Shown here in pieces: positions 40,062 to 53,989 of a DNA stretch of 64,000 bases (position 1 is the first letter of the stretch; each line of letters begins with the position of its first letter). The stretch lies in assembly GCF_006345805.1 (NCBI RefSeq), contig NC_043013.1, positions 14,880,001 to 14,944,000 of the forward strand. The letters run 5' to 3'. A program made the position numbers and the translations under genes. The notes beneath the pieces were generated by a model. The model saw only the letters and a list, made by a program, of their open reading frames with translations, was not told the DNA's origin and searched no databases. The DNA is from Octopus sinensis (lineage: Eukaryota).

Positions 40062-43000
40062 AGATTTCACCATTGGAATTACCACTTTGTTGTCTGTTTC
40101 ACCTCAGAATTTGCCTCTGGATTTTTAGACTCATCTCTACATTGCTCAGCTGCTTTTTTCATCCCTGGATTTCACTACTGGAGTTACACTTTGCTGCGTT
40201 TTTCATCTCTGGAACCTACCACTGGACTTCTGAACTATCTGCATTTGTGTAACATGTTTTCAAAAATCCTTTTCAGAAACTTACCTTCACTTGTGCTTTT
40301 CCATTTTTTCTTTCCTTTATATATATATATGGGAATTGGGAGTTTTTTTTCAGTGTTTAACCGCAAATTCTTTCCCCTGCTGTTTCCCACTTTTGTTTTT
40401 ATTCGGAAATTGTACCTCTTACATAACCTCCTGACTTTTTGCCAATGTTATTACTAACCATTCTTTTATATAATTTTGTATATTTTTTTCAATGTTTTAC
40501 ATATTTACTTATTTTTTTACTATTTATGTTGTTTTCCTTCGTGCATTTCCTTACCTTCCATTTTACCTCCTCTCACATCTTACTTCACCTACAATGTGAT
40601 CACTTGATCACTCTGGGTACCATCTTCCCACACCACTACACTCCCACACTTGCAAATATCAACACACCTATACACCCCCCCCAAGAAACCAGATGCACCC
40701 CACACCACCACCATAAACACACCCTTCCATCTGTGCCCATCTCTCATCATCATCGTTTAGTGTCTGCTTTCCATGCTGGCCTGGGTTGGACGGTGCAACT
40801 GGGGTCTGGGAAGCCAGAAGGCTGCACTAGGCCCAGTCTGATCTAGCAATGTTTCTATGGCTGGATGCCCTTCCTAACGCCAACCACTCCATGAGTGTAG
40901 TGGGTGCTTTTTACATGCCACCGGCACAGGTGCCAGACGAGGCTGGCAAACGGCCACGATCAGATGGTACTTTTTACGTGCCACCACACAAATATTCTCT
41001 TGTACATGCTCTTTCCACCCTACTTTCTCTACCTTTCCTCTAACTTCTCCCATAGAACTCCATTCTCACCTGGCCCTTTTTTCTTCTTTCCCATCACCTC
41101 TATATTTTTTCCCCATTTTTTTTTTTTCTGATGGAAGACTAGCATCTGAAACATGATTCATTTTTTTTCGTTTAAGTATTAAACTAATACAACTTTTGAA
41201 ACTGTCCCTTTCATAATGTCTCCCTTTTCTGCTCATTGCCTATATATATATATGTATATATATATATATTCTTCTTTTAGTCATTTTGACTGTGGCCATG
41301 CTGGAGTACCACTTTTAAAGGGTTTTTTAGTTGTAGAAATCAACCCTAGGACTTAGTCTTTGTAAGCTTAGTACTTATTCTATTGGTCTCTTTTGCTGAA
41401 CCACTAAGTTACTGGGACATAAATACACTAATATCAGTTGTCAAGCGATGGTGGTGGGGGAAAAACATAGACACACACATAAATATATACACACGCATAT
41501 ATATATATGACTGGCTTTTTTGAGTTTCTGCCTACCAACCCACTCACAAGTTTTTCGTCGGCCTGAGGTTATAGTAGAAGACACTTGCGTAAGGTGCCAT
41601 GCAGTGTGACTGAACCCAGAACCATATGTTTGGGAAGCAAGCTTCTTATCACACAGCCATGTATGTTTATAGACATGTACATGCTCTTTGTTATAGACAG
41701 AAGACAAGGCATGTATTCAAACCATGATATTTCTTCCAATTTTTTTTTGTTTTGTGGAATCGGGGGTGGGGTCATTAAGTTATCAACTATAATCTATGTG
41801 CCTGGAGTGGGTGGCTCCCCTCTCTCTAGGTGTGGTCCTAAAAGATGTGAGAAAGACTGTTGTGGTGGTTCAACATGGATTTTATTGGATACCTAACTTA
41901 GGTTTCAGGTTGAGTAAAATGTTTAAGAGATGAAGATTTACAAGTGATGATGCTGTTGCAATTTAGCCACTGGTCACCTCACATATTTATGATCAAGTGT
42001 TAGGGATTAAAGATCTTAAATAAGAGACCATCTTTATGTAAACAGAGAGAGAGAGAGAGCAAATAAAGTGTAAAGACTATACTGTTGCTGTTTGGTAGTT
42101 CTGGTCAGCTCTGCTGGAGAAAGCATTTAGAGATCAATAAAATAAGTACTAAAATCTGACCTGAGGTTGATATGGTCAACTAAAAACCTTTGAAGAATGT
42201 ATTCCATCATGGTCATATGCTATAGTCTTATAACTTAAACAAGCAAAAGAACAGAAAAATATATGCATATGTGAGTGTATATATATATATTATAGGGAGA
42301 GTTTATGAAAAAAACAAAAGACGAACACAGGTGGTGTACAAGACAAACAGATGTATTAGTATAACGCTCAGGAATAGAAAAAGTCTTTTACGTTTCGAGC
42401 CTTCGCTCTTCTACAGAATGGGACACAGAAAAAAACAAGAGAGAAAAAAATGTGTGTAGTGGCTAACGATCTATCATATATAGATAGATAGATAGTGTGT
42501 GTGTGTAAAATCTCTTGCGAGTTAACAAGAGATCCCTTGACGGCCATGTAACCTTTATTTGATAAAGGTATCTTTGGCCTGATGAGTAAATAGTGGAGTA
42601 TCCCTCATAGAGTAATCATTATTTCCATGGTTCTGCTAGCTAGGAAACCTAGGTAGCTTGGATTTTACCTACTCCATTCCCTAAATTTGGATTCTTATTT
42701 GCACACACAGCAACCCTAGCTGCTAACCGGGAATTCTAAAATAACCTTTTTCAGGTTATTGTACTTCGATGAGAAAATATTTACAACTTTCTATGTCAGT
42801 AAACCACTATTGTTCCTGAAAGTTGTTTTTTTATACGTTCTTTGAACTACTTGAAACTTACCAACTTCCTATATGTTGATCCTTGGATCTTAACTTTATA
42901 TATACATATATATCTACACATATATATATATATATATATATATATCATCATCAACATCATTTAGCGTCCGCTTTCCATGCTAGCATGGGTTGGACGGTTC

Positions 43001-43719
43001 AACTGGGGTCTGGGAAGCCCAAAGGCTGCACCAGGCCCAGTCTGATCTGGCAGTGTTTCTACGTCTGGATGCCCTTCCTAATGCTAACCACTCCGTGAGT
43101 GTAGTGGGTACTTTTTACGTGCCACCTACACAGTGCCAGACGGGGCTGGCAAACAGCCACGGATAGATGGTGCTTTTTACGTGCCACCGGCACGGGGATC
43201 AGGCAAGGCTGGCGCAACGGCCACGATCGGATGGTGCTTTTTACGTGCCACCGGCACGGAGGCCAGTCGGGGCGGCGCTGGCAACGGACACGGTCGGGTG
43301 GTTCTTTTTACGTGCCACCGGCACGGGGGCCAGGTGAGGCTGGCAACGTCCATGATCGGATGGTGCTATATATATATATATATATATATATATGAGCAAA
43401 GCACCTCCACCCCTCATCCAATGGACGGTGCTGAATCATATCTGCTGAATAAAAAGCAATCAGTGTTTCTCTTTTCATTAAAAAATAATTAAGCATGCCT
43501 TTATTTCAATAAAATTTTTGGTTTTGTTAAACAAAGTTAAGGCAAAAAAAAAACTTCTTGAGAAACCAAATAGTCTTTCCTTCCTTCATGCCAAGTTTAA
43601 AGAAAATATCTCTTTTGCATCTTACTTTTTTGGTCTCTTAAATATACTGCATTTTGTGGCATTATTTCAAGCCAGCTGGCTTTTTTTGCACAAACTGCAT
43701 GTGCATTTTTTTGTGTACG

Positions 43720-43944
43720 CGTAGTATCGATCGCAACAGCTGATGTACTTGTGTGTACAAATGCACGTTCCCGCAGCTTTATCGATTGCATTCTCACCTG
43801 GAATCGATTTTTGTAATTTTTTCAAGACTTATACATGCCCTGATACTGTCGGTATCTACATATCAAATTTGAGCGCAATCGGATGGAGGATGCCCGAGAT
43901 CCTAGAAGACACACAGACAGACAGAACGGATTTTATATAATAGA
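43720..43944 (-). mobile_element. Helitron-like 5' fragment (second family)
   Basis: TCTATTATATAAAA start, (TCTG)n and CCGATT..AAATTTG segments typical of short invertebrate Helitrons; the 3' end is unclear. Confidence 0.45.
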
Positions 43945-45039
43945 CATGCATGCACACATTCACTCATATAAACTCTCACAAATATTTCTATCAATCAATC
44001 AGTCTGCAGTTAGGTAGATAGATACATAAATAGATCATCATCATCGTTTAACGTCCAAAAACAGACAGACAAATAGATAAAGTTAAATAGTTGCATATAT
44101 ATTTATACATATACATATATATATACAACTATTTACTCAGCTATATTACCCACAACATCCATTATGTTGAATTTCTTCCCAAAATTTCTTGCTGTAGGTT
44201 TACCTTCCCTGTTTGTTGCTTATGTCTTGAAATTGGCTATCACACCTGGAGCAAAGAAGTTCTATCTTGGGGATATATTCTACTCTCACATTATCAGAAA
44301 GTCATCTTTCTGAAAATATGCTGTGCTTGAGAAGACTCGGCAAGACAAGTGAGGCCATAACCTCGTGGCCTATGCCAGGGGTGTAACCAGCCCACTTATG
44401 TGTACCTTTCCATCATTGGACACTAAACTCTACTTGCGAAGACCTGTTGAGGCAAGTGAAACCGAAATCAAATTCGATGACTGGCATCCATACTTAGTGG
44501 AGTGCTAAGAGTACCACCCGAGCAACAAACTGGCTTCTGTGCTGGTGGCACGTAAAAAGCATCATTCGAGCCTGATCGTTACCTGTGTCACCTTACTGGC
44601 ACTTGTGCTGGTGGCATAGGAAAAAACATTCGAGCGAGATCGTTGCCAGTGCTGCTGGACTGGCTCCTGTGCAGGTGGCACATAAAAAGCATCATTTGAA
44701 CATGGCCATTGCCAGTACTGCCTGTCTAACACCCACTACACACTCGGAGTGGTTGGCATTAGGAAGGGCATCCAGCTGTAGAAATTCTGCCACATCAGAT
44801 TGGAGCCTGATACAGCCATCTGGTTCACCAGACCCCAGTCAAATCATCCAACCCATGCTAGCATGGAAAGTGGATGTTAAACGATGATGATGATGATTTA
44901 AGTTCACTGGGTGACTCAGTGCTTTGCCTGAAAGCAATGCTTTGTTGGAAATATTGTGACACTGTACTTTTCTATGGCAGGACAAAAGATGCTTTGTTTC
45001 CTGAATATCAAATCAAATTTAGATTAAGCTTTGTGTAAC

Positions 45040-45780
45040 CCTTGAAAGCTCCTGAATTTTTACTGTGTGATACACATGTAAGCACTTAATTTCATATCAC
45101 TAACAACACTTCCCCACAGATTACTTTTGGAAGCTTGAGATCAAGGTATTGGATTTTTTCCTGCAGAAATAACTGTTCTAGCAAACATGAGCTTCCAGAG
45201 AAGTATGGTTTCACCAACATCATACACTTGTTCTGGTGTGTAACCCACTTCAGAAATTATTTTCTTCAACTGCTCAGGATAATTTGTAGCATCCTCTGTA
45301 TCATTGCTCGCAGCTTCCCCAGTCATTTTTATGTTGTGCAAATTTATGCACTTACGAAACCTTTCAAACTGGCTTTTACTAGCCAAAAAGGGCTTTTTGT
45401 TAGAGATTTCACCTTCCTTTTTCTGCAACTTTTTGAAATACCATCTTGTTTATCAGCACATTATGCCAGTTCTGATGTTCAATCCATACACTCAAGTCAT
45501 TTCATTATAAGCATTACATTAGATCCATAGGAAAATAAGGTCTGGACAATTAATGGAGTAGCTTTTTAAGCACTTGATATAATTTTCTCTCTGTTGTCAT
45601 GTATTGTTCTTTCTGTAGATGTTGCAAGATTTAATGTCTTTGCAATATAACTTAGTTTTATTTCTGCATCAAGTCTTTTAAACACATCAAGCTTAATATC
45701 CAGTGTAATCCCTTTTCGGTTCCGTTTTGCACTACTTCCTTCAGGTGTACTTGATAGCTCCTTGCCAGATATCTTAAGGT
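45040..45780 (-). mobile_element. Tigger/pogo transposase remnant
   Basis: [19 protein letters not shown] (CENP-B N-terminal HTH) and FLASKSQFERFRK..GEAAS..GYTPEQVYDVGETILLWK. Confidence 0.85.
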
Positions 45781-45948
45781 GAAGGCCAGGCCAACAGTTG
45801 CAGCAATTAATTATCCACAACAAATATATCATTTTAAAAATCAGCTCAAGAAAGATCTCTGATTTGCGAGAGTGGAAAATTGTTTTCTTCATGTTGACAT
45901 AATAATGAAAATGAAATGAAAAGGTAGAGAACCAAAGAGGAGAAACTA

Positions 45949-46821
45949 CCGTAAATCCTCGAGTATAGTCAGCCCTTGTGCATAATACGCAGGGGATTTT
46001 TTAGGAGGCTATACCTCTGTAAAACCTAAACCTTGTGTATAATACACACCCCTTTTCTAACTTGAGTCAAGGAGGTCTATATAACGTCCTTGGTTTGTAA
46101 AAATATATAAGGTAACGTCCTTTATTATTATTGTATATATAATACTAGCACTATGACCTGGCAACACCGGATCATAGAGCTCTTGCATGCATATACAGCT
46201 GCGTGTGTGTGTACATACATGTGAGTACTGTCCAAATCTCCAACCAATCACATACAGCTAGCTGGCATTCAATTGGCGTATCAAGTTTCAGGCATTTTGA
46301 TTAGGTTTTGGATTCAAAATTCACAAAAATGTAACTTCTATTGATTTTTAATGGCTTTGTGGGGTGACTGGGGAAATGTAAAGATGTGCACAACCACCCT
46401 TGGACGGTTTTGAATGACCATAGAAAGTGCGAGCCCTCTAACTGAAAAATTGTGGATTTGTATAAAGGACACACACACAGACATTTTGCCGTTTATATAT
46501 ATAAAGATAATGCAAACGTGTAGCTTTTTTGTGCATTTTGTTTGCAGAAAATAAAGAAATAACAGTAATAACGTTTAATAAATGTTGCTTACTGCAAGTT
46601 ATGGATGATTCTTTTATGACTTCATTGCTTTCAGGCTTAGCGTAAGGTATTTTCATGCCCGACATCACAAAATGCGTCTGAATAAACATTGCCAGACAGC
46701 AAATAGACTTGAACATTGCTTAGAAAATATTTTTCATTTTTAACCTCATATATAGTACGCACTAGGGATTTTGACCTTTAAATTTTGGGGAAAAATGCGG
46801 ATTTTACTCGAGAATTTACGG
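45949..46821. mobile_element. Tc2/pogo-like MITE containing a Helitron
   Basis: TIRs CCGTAAAT(C/T)CTCGAGTA, TA flanks. Confidence 0.75.
46145..46507 (-). mobile_element. Non-autonomous Helitron
   Basis: A|TC 5' end, subterminal hairpin, CTAG|T 3' end; homologous to 54919-55284. Confidence 0.82.
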
Positions 46822-48502
46822 TACTATATGATTACAGTTAGCTGAAGTTTCATCAGATTTTGTAGCCTAATTGCCTCTTGCACTTCAAACACATAGACAT
46901 GTTAGTGTACATGTTGATATCTGCTGTAGCCAGATGGATTCAAAAGTAGGTGAGTTGGTAGTGGGGGTGATTGGTTTAGATATTAGTGATGGGTGGGTGG
47001 GTATTGTTGGAGTAGTGGTTGTATTGTTCTGTTTAACTGCATGGTTGGTGGCTGTATAGTCACAAGTCAGTCCTCATAGACCTAAGTTCAGAGTCACTTT
47101 GTTCAACTTTTTCAATTGCATTAAGATACCACATTGTTTTTATTTGAAATGGATTTGCTTATCTACTTCCTTATTGTTGCTGTTGGTGGTTGTGTTCGAA
47201 TTGATAACAGAAAACACACATACATATATTATATATATGTGTGTGTGTGTGTGTATTATATGCAGTTGTGGCCAAAAGATTAGAGCATTTTTTTTTAAAT
47301 GAAAATTGTTATGCCCAAGTATAATTTGATTTAAATATACACAATGTATATACTAGGGCATTTAATATAAAAATTCTAATTTTCAGACATATGTTCTAAA
47401 CTTTTGACCATGATTATATCATATATATATATTTTTTCACATTATACATTTTATTTCAAATGGTTAACTATGCACTTTGATTTCAAGTAAAACACAAGTA
47501 GCCATAGAACTAAGAAAAGTAGTTTTAAATTAACAATTTAAAACTATGCAGTACGAGCCTTTGTAAGAGTGAAAATGAAATTTGAGACCATCCTGTTCAT
47601 TTGTCTATTGCCTTCAATTTGATGCCCCAGCATGGTCACTGTCAGCCGGCTGAAACAAAGGAATGAAAGAGTATATTTATATACTAAGTGTAGCATATCT
47701 AATTACCCACCATTCATTTAGGTTTTGGTTAATGATTGTTATATTTGTTGGCAATATATTACATACATTTACTATTCAAAATCACTACCCTTCACCTTCA
47801 GCTGAGAAAAGATAGGCCTTCATTTTTTTTCTCAGCTGAAGAGCATGACTTAGTGTTTAAATAATGGGTAAATGTATGTATGTATGTATGTATGCCTATA
47901 TCTCATGTACATGTGTGCATGTATGTTCTCTTCCGTTTTCCATCATCATCATCATTTAATGTCTGTTCTCTGTTTTGGCACGGTTTCTACAGCTGCGTGC
48001 CCTTCCTAATGCCATTATTTAAATTTTTCCTCTGAAGAAGGAGCTGGTATTAACAACAATGCAAATCTCCATCATGGAATGGAGATAGCAAAAACAATGT
48101 CGCATGTTAAACTTGAGGAAAGTCTTGCATATTTTTACTGTTCCAATTACAGATTGTATGTGTAATGTGCGAGTTAATTGGTTGATTTGCCTCTTGTGAA
48201 ATCCCTGCATGGTATGTATGTATATATTGTCAGCGTTTAACATGCTGGCATGGGTTGGACTGCTTGACAGGAACTGGTGTGGCCAGGGGTCACACCAGGT
48301 TCCATATTCTGTTTTGGCTTGGTTTCTATAGCTGGATGCCCTTCCTAATGCTAACCACTTTACAGAGTTTACTGGGTATTTTTTATGTGAAAGCAGCACC
48401 CACACTAATTCTTTTTACATGGCACCTTGGTATTAAGATTTCAGTTGTGTTGTGGTGAGTAGGTTATATATGTATACATACATATATATATATATGTATA
48501 TA

Positions 48503-48880
48503 CACTTGCGTCAGAAATTAATTAGCACTTCTCAAATTTCTACATTAAATAGGTTAAATCAATTAACCTTATGAGCTGTTCAAAACGTCTTACGCGATGA
48601 GAAAACTTAGTATGGTGTGATTTCGGTCCTTGCAAGGCGCTACCTATATCTATTAAACAAAGGAAGATTTGTCTGCATCCGCACTCCAAGTTGTTGCACT
48701 GCTATGTCAACATCATAAGGCTGTAGGCTCTCAAACTGCTCTGCAAACAAAGTTACGTCATCGTTCTGCGCAACAGTGAACTCGCAACAAAGCAATAGTT
48801 CGAGATATGGCCACTAGGTGACAGCACATACCTTGAGTGAAGAGCAAATCAAGGGTGCTAATTAATTTCTGACGGTAGTG
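48503..48880. mobile_element. Tc1/mariner-like MITE
   Basis: TIRs CACT(TG/AC)CGTCAGAAATTAATTAGCAC, inserted in (TA)n. Confidence 0.85.
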
Positions 48881-48968
48881 TATATATATATACACACGTA
48901 TATAAGAATTTTTTCCATAATGAGATAAAAAACCAAGGCTGTGTAGATATTAGAGCATTTATAGATAG

Positions 48969-49021
48969 GTCTTACAGCTGTTTCAAGGATATTAATTAAT
49001 AATATTCCCTTCATCAGAGAC
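48969..49021 (-). ncRNA. Minimal type I hammerhead ribozyme motif (Penelope-type)
   Basis: GUCU-CUGAUGA-AGGGAAUAUUA..UAAUAUCCUU-GAAA-CAGCUG-UA-AGAC, with palindromic stem III and a GUA site. Confidence 0.75.
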
Positions 49022-49211
49022 GGTGTGAGAGGATGGTTAAGTTATAGTTAGTTTAGATGTGATACAAAATAGAGAGTGAGGTGGAGGAAAGAAAATAGAT
49101 GCAAGATATGTATGGATATTAAAGTTGTAAATTCATTTTTTAGGCATAATGGTATATATGCAATATTCCAATATCCTATGAGTAAAGTCCAACATATATA
49201 TGTATGTATGT

Positions 49212-49258
<47 letters not shown>

Positions 49259-51186
49259 ACCACTGGTATTTGAGTACTCTTTTTTCCACCTTGTTTCACA
49301 TTTATGTGTTTACTCCGGTATATATATATATATATATATATAATAAAATATCCCGGAAGCAGCCATAAAACCTATTTATAAATTTTCTGAAAACTTTCAC
49401 AGCCTTGGATTTTTATCTCATTCTGTTAATTTTTTTATATATACACATGCTGATATATGACCTACATTGGACTCCTCATTCACAAAATCACCGAACCTGG
49501 AGCTTAACTATAGTCTGTCCATAGCACTTACTCAGCATTACCTAACACCTTTGGTCTTCTTGACACCGTTACCTCTCTCATAACCTCAATATATATATCA
49601 TCATTGTTTAATGTCTGCCTTATGTGCTGGCATTAAATGAGGATCATTGATGTAAATACACATCAAAATTCTTTCGGCTTGTCTACCTAACCCTCTCAAA
49701 CGCACACAAACTCACTCACTCTCATCATGCACATTCACTCATGCGTATGCACACATTCTTACACATGCACACACACACCCGCTTGCACTCTCTCACTTGT
49801 AATTTATTAGCAACTTTGAACTAATCTTAAACAGTTCTTGATATTTAAATTCTCCTGTTAATGAATAAGGACATTTGTTGTTGTGTCAGGTCAGCCCTAG
49901 TATTCTAGCCATGGCCATTCCATCGTCTTCTTTTTTTAATTTCAGGCATAGTATAACTTGGATTACTTTATCCTCTGTGTTTCTTGGGTTTGTTTTTCAG
50001 CTGCCAGATTGTGTGATTTCCTAATTCTATGTAGATTTGGTTATTACTTCTAGCAGCCTGAGCAACCAAATAGAACCAACATGGGCATCCTACAGTCCAC
50101 AGGATTTTTGGCATGGCACACCTTATAAAAAAGCAAAATAAAAAATAACTTGAATTTTCTTATTAATGCAACCTACCTGGTGACGAGCCATGTCTTTTGT
50201 GGCCCGTTTTTTCAAAAAAGGTTGCACATGCCTGATGTAGAGGCTTCACTTGATGGAGGTATAGGTCTAAGAATTAAATGAATAATTTTTAACAGACATG
50301 AACCCATATACAGTGCGGGGAGGGTTCAGTCAATTGCCTTTCATCCTTTCGGGGTCAATAAATTAAGTACCAGTTGTGTACTGGGATCGATCTAATCAAC
50401 TGGCCCTTTCCCCCAAAATTTCAGGCCTTGTGCCTAGAGTAGAAAAGGAATTGGTTCATGAAACGATAAAAACCACTAGGTATTATGCAACTGTCATCAA
50501 TGTTTTAACATCCACATTTCCATGCTCACATGGGTCAGGTGAAATTCATTCTGATTTTCTATAGTTGGATGCCTTTCCTGTCCCCAACTCTCACTTGTTT
50601 TCTAAGCAAGCTAACCCTCGAGCATTTAAACTGGCCATATCCAATCTAAAATATTCTACTTGTTTTACATTCAAAATGACTAGATCCAGCCTCTCACACC
50701 CATCCCACAATGTCGTTCTAAAAGTAAACAATCATATCATTGAAATCTCAAAGCTATGATTCAATGCATGATTGATTCAAAACAATGTGAATAAATATGT
50801 GTTACGTCTGGCAGTTAATATTTCCCCATGCCCAGACATGTTTCCATAGAAACTTGTATGATGGTGACACTCATTTACAACAGTCATACAATGTCAAGAC
50901 AAGGAGGCACAAATACATACCCCCTCCATGTATATTGGTATGTATGTGTGTGTATATGTGAATGTGTGTATGCATATGTGATGACATGCACAAGATTTAT
51001 CAATATATATTTATTTATCAACAGGCCTTTGACCTGTGACTAGTTTGATAAGTGCAAATGCATGAAACTCTCAGACCTTGAATCTGCTAAATATTAATAA
51101 AAATTATACATGTACTCATATTTTGGGCTCTATTTTTCTTGTTTGCACCAGCATACCTCTTTTTCTCTTTCTCTTTTTTTCTCTTT

Positions 51187-51393
51187 TCTCTTTTACTTGT
51201 TTCAGTCATTTGACTGCGGCCATGCTGGAGCACCGCCTTTTTTTTAGTCGAGCAAATCGACCCCGGGACTTATTCTTTGTAAGCCCAGTACTTATTCTAT
51301 CGGTCTCTATTGCCGAACCGCTAAGTGACGGGGACGTAAACACACCAGCATCGGTTGTCAAGCAATGCTAGGGGGACAAACACAGACACACAA

Positions 51394-51424
<31 letters not shown>

Positions 51425-51595
51425 CATATATACGACGGGCTTCTTTCAGTTTCCGTCTACCAAATCCACTCACAAGGCATTGGTCAGCCCGGGGCTATAG
51501 CAGAAGACACTTGCCCAAGATGCCACGCAGTAGGACTGAACCCGGAACCATGTGGTTGGTTAGCAAGCTACTTACCACACGGCTACTCCTGCGCC
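51187..51595 (-). mobile_element. SINE family 1 copy in the ATP2C1 intron upstream of 52483
   Basis: Near-identical to 25214-25623. Confidence 0.9.
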
Positions 51596-52482
51596 TATAT
51601 ATATATATATATAACATATATAATATTTGTAAACAAACACAGAACGTTTTGTAAGTTATGGAGAGAAAGCTACTATGGAAAACTCATAGTATAATAATAT
51701 ATCAATATTTTATGCTGTGATTCGAAGCGACAATTTATAAATGCAAACAAATGACTGCAAAAATGATGAGCTAACCCCAGCCAGAATCAAACCCACAAAT
51801 CAATGCTAACACGGCTCTTTGCATATCTGATTGGGCCAAACACTCACCCATCAATTTCAGCCATTCATTTTTCAGTCATTAGTTTGTATTTAAAAATTGT
51901 CACTTCAAATTGGAGAATAAAATATTATTATAATATATAATAAAATATTACAATATGTTATTATACAGTTATATATATATATATATATATATTCACATAC
52001 ATACATATATACATAAATGATGGGCATCTTTTACCCTTTGTTCGCTAAATCACTCACAAGGCTTTGGTCAGCATGTGGCTATAGTAGAAGATACTTGCCT
52101 AAGGTGCTGGATGGTGGGATTGAATCCAAAGCCATTGTGTTATCCTTTAGCCAAGGGTTGACCAAAGCTTTGTGAGTGGATTTGGTAGGCAGAAACTCTG
52201 AAAGAACCACATCATTGTTTGTGTGAGTGGGGTGGGGTGTATATATATATATATATTTGGATGGGATGTATCTGAATTTAAATTATTTTATTAAAGACAG
52301 AAACAGATTAATAACTATGAGACTCACACTCACCTATCCACTCCCACATGGTTGATTAGTTAAAACATTTGCTTTGTAAATTTGTGGCTCCAGGTGACAG
52401 ATTTCTTAGAATCCCTTATTTATATTTTTTGTGCTAAAAAACTTAAAGGGTAAAAGAAAACCTGTTCTTTCTTTCTTTGTAG

Positions 52483-52683
52483 AATGGAGATTCAGAGATG
52501 ATGTCAGTTTTATCGGCAGAGAAAGCATCTCAGATGCTTTACCAAGATCTCTGCAACTTTCTCGACACAGACCTTAAGGTGGGTTTATCACACGAAGAAG
52601 CAGCCAGTCGCAGGAAGGTTCACGGCTTTAATGAATTTGAAATCAGCAAAGAAGAGCCATTATGGCGGAAGTACCTTGGACAG
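52483..52683 (+). CDS. ATP2C1: ATP2C1 (secretory pathway Ca2+/Mn2+-ATPase) coding exon
   Basis: Polypyrimidine-TAG acceptor and CAG/GTGAGT donor. Encodes NGDSEMMSVLSAEKAS...GLSHEEAASRRKVHGFNEFEISKEEPLWRKYLGQ, matching the SPCA1 N-terminal region ([21 protein letters not shown]). Confidence 0.93.
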
Positions 52684-53989
52684 GTGAGTAGAGTTATTGC
52701 TTGACCTTAGGTCATATTAACACCAGTCGGTCAGTGATGATGACCATCTTTGATCAGGCCCCTTTTTACACTAGTTTGATTGACCTTCAGTTATACCATT
52801 GTTACTACAACACCACCACCACCATTCAATATATTTTAGATTCTCATAGGCACAGGTGTGGCTGTGTGGTAAGAAGCTTCCTTCCCAACCACATGGTTTT
52901 GGGTTCAATCCAGTGTGCAAGTGTTTTCTACTATAGTCTTGGGCTGACCAAAGCCTCATGAGTGGATTTGGTAGACAAACTGAAAAAAGCTCATTTAATG
53001 CTGGCATGGGTTGGATGGCTTGAGAGGAAATGGCAAGGCCAGGGTCCACACCAGGTTCTATAGTATGTTTTGGCTTGGTTTCTACAGCTGAATATCCTTC
53101 TTAACGCCAGCCAATCCACAGAGTGTACTGAGTGCTTTTTACATGGTACCAGCACCTACACCCTACTCTCTTTTTCTCTTTTACTTGTTTCAGTCAAGTG
53201 ACTGCAGCCATGCTGGAGCACCGCCTTTAGTCGAGCAAATTGACCTCAGGACTTATTCTTTGTAAGCCTAGTACTTATTCTATCAATCTCTTTTGCCGAA
53301 TTACTAAGTTACGAAGGCGTAAACACACCAGCAACGGTTGTCAAGCGATGTTGGGGGGACACAGATACACAAACACACATACACACACACACATATACAT
53401 ACATATATATGATGGGCTTCTTTCAGTTTCTATCTACCAAATCCATTCGCAAGGCTTTGGTCAGCCCAAGGTGCCACGCAGTGGGACTGAACCTGGAACC
53501 ATGTGGTTCGTAAGCAAGCTACTTACCACACAGCTACTCCTACACCAATGCTTTTTATGTGGCACCTTAGTTTTAGGATCTCAATTCTGTTATGGTAACT
53601 TTGTAGTTTGACAAAAGAGACGAGTAGAATTAGTACCAGTCTAAGAAAACAAAAGTATTGGGGTTGATTCATCTGACTAAAAATTCTTCAAGGCAGTGCC
53701 CCAGCATGGCCACAGTCTAATGATTGAAACAAGTAAAAAAATAAAAGCTAAAGATCATTATCATCATCAACACCACCGTAAACAAACATCATTCCCACCA
53801 TTGTCACTACCATCAACCTCAAACGCCATGTGTTACCAACATCATCACTGCTGCCATTACCATTGTCTCATGAATACCATAAACAAATGTTATCACTATC
53901 ATTAACACTATCAATCAATCTTAAACTCTGCACAGCTACTCATCATCCCCACCACCACCACTACAATTGTCTTATTGTCAATACTTTAA

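Noticed and set aside
41128-41155. CTGATG..GAAAC hammerhead-like fragment
   Set aside because: The core is broken and stems I and III cannot be formed; too decayed to call.
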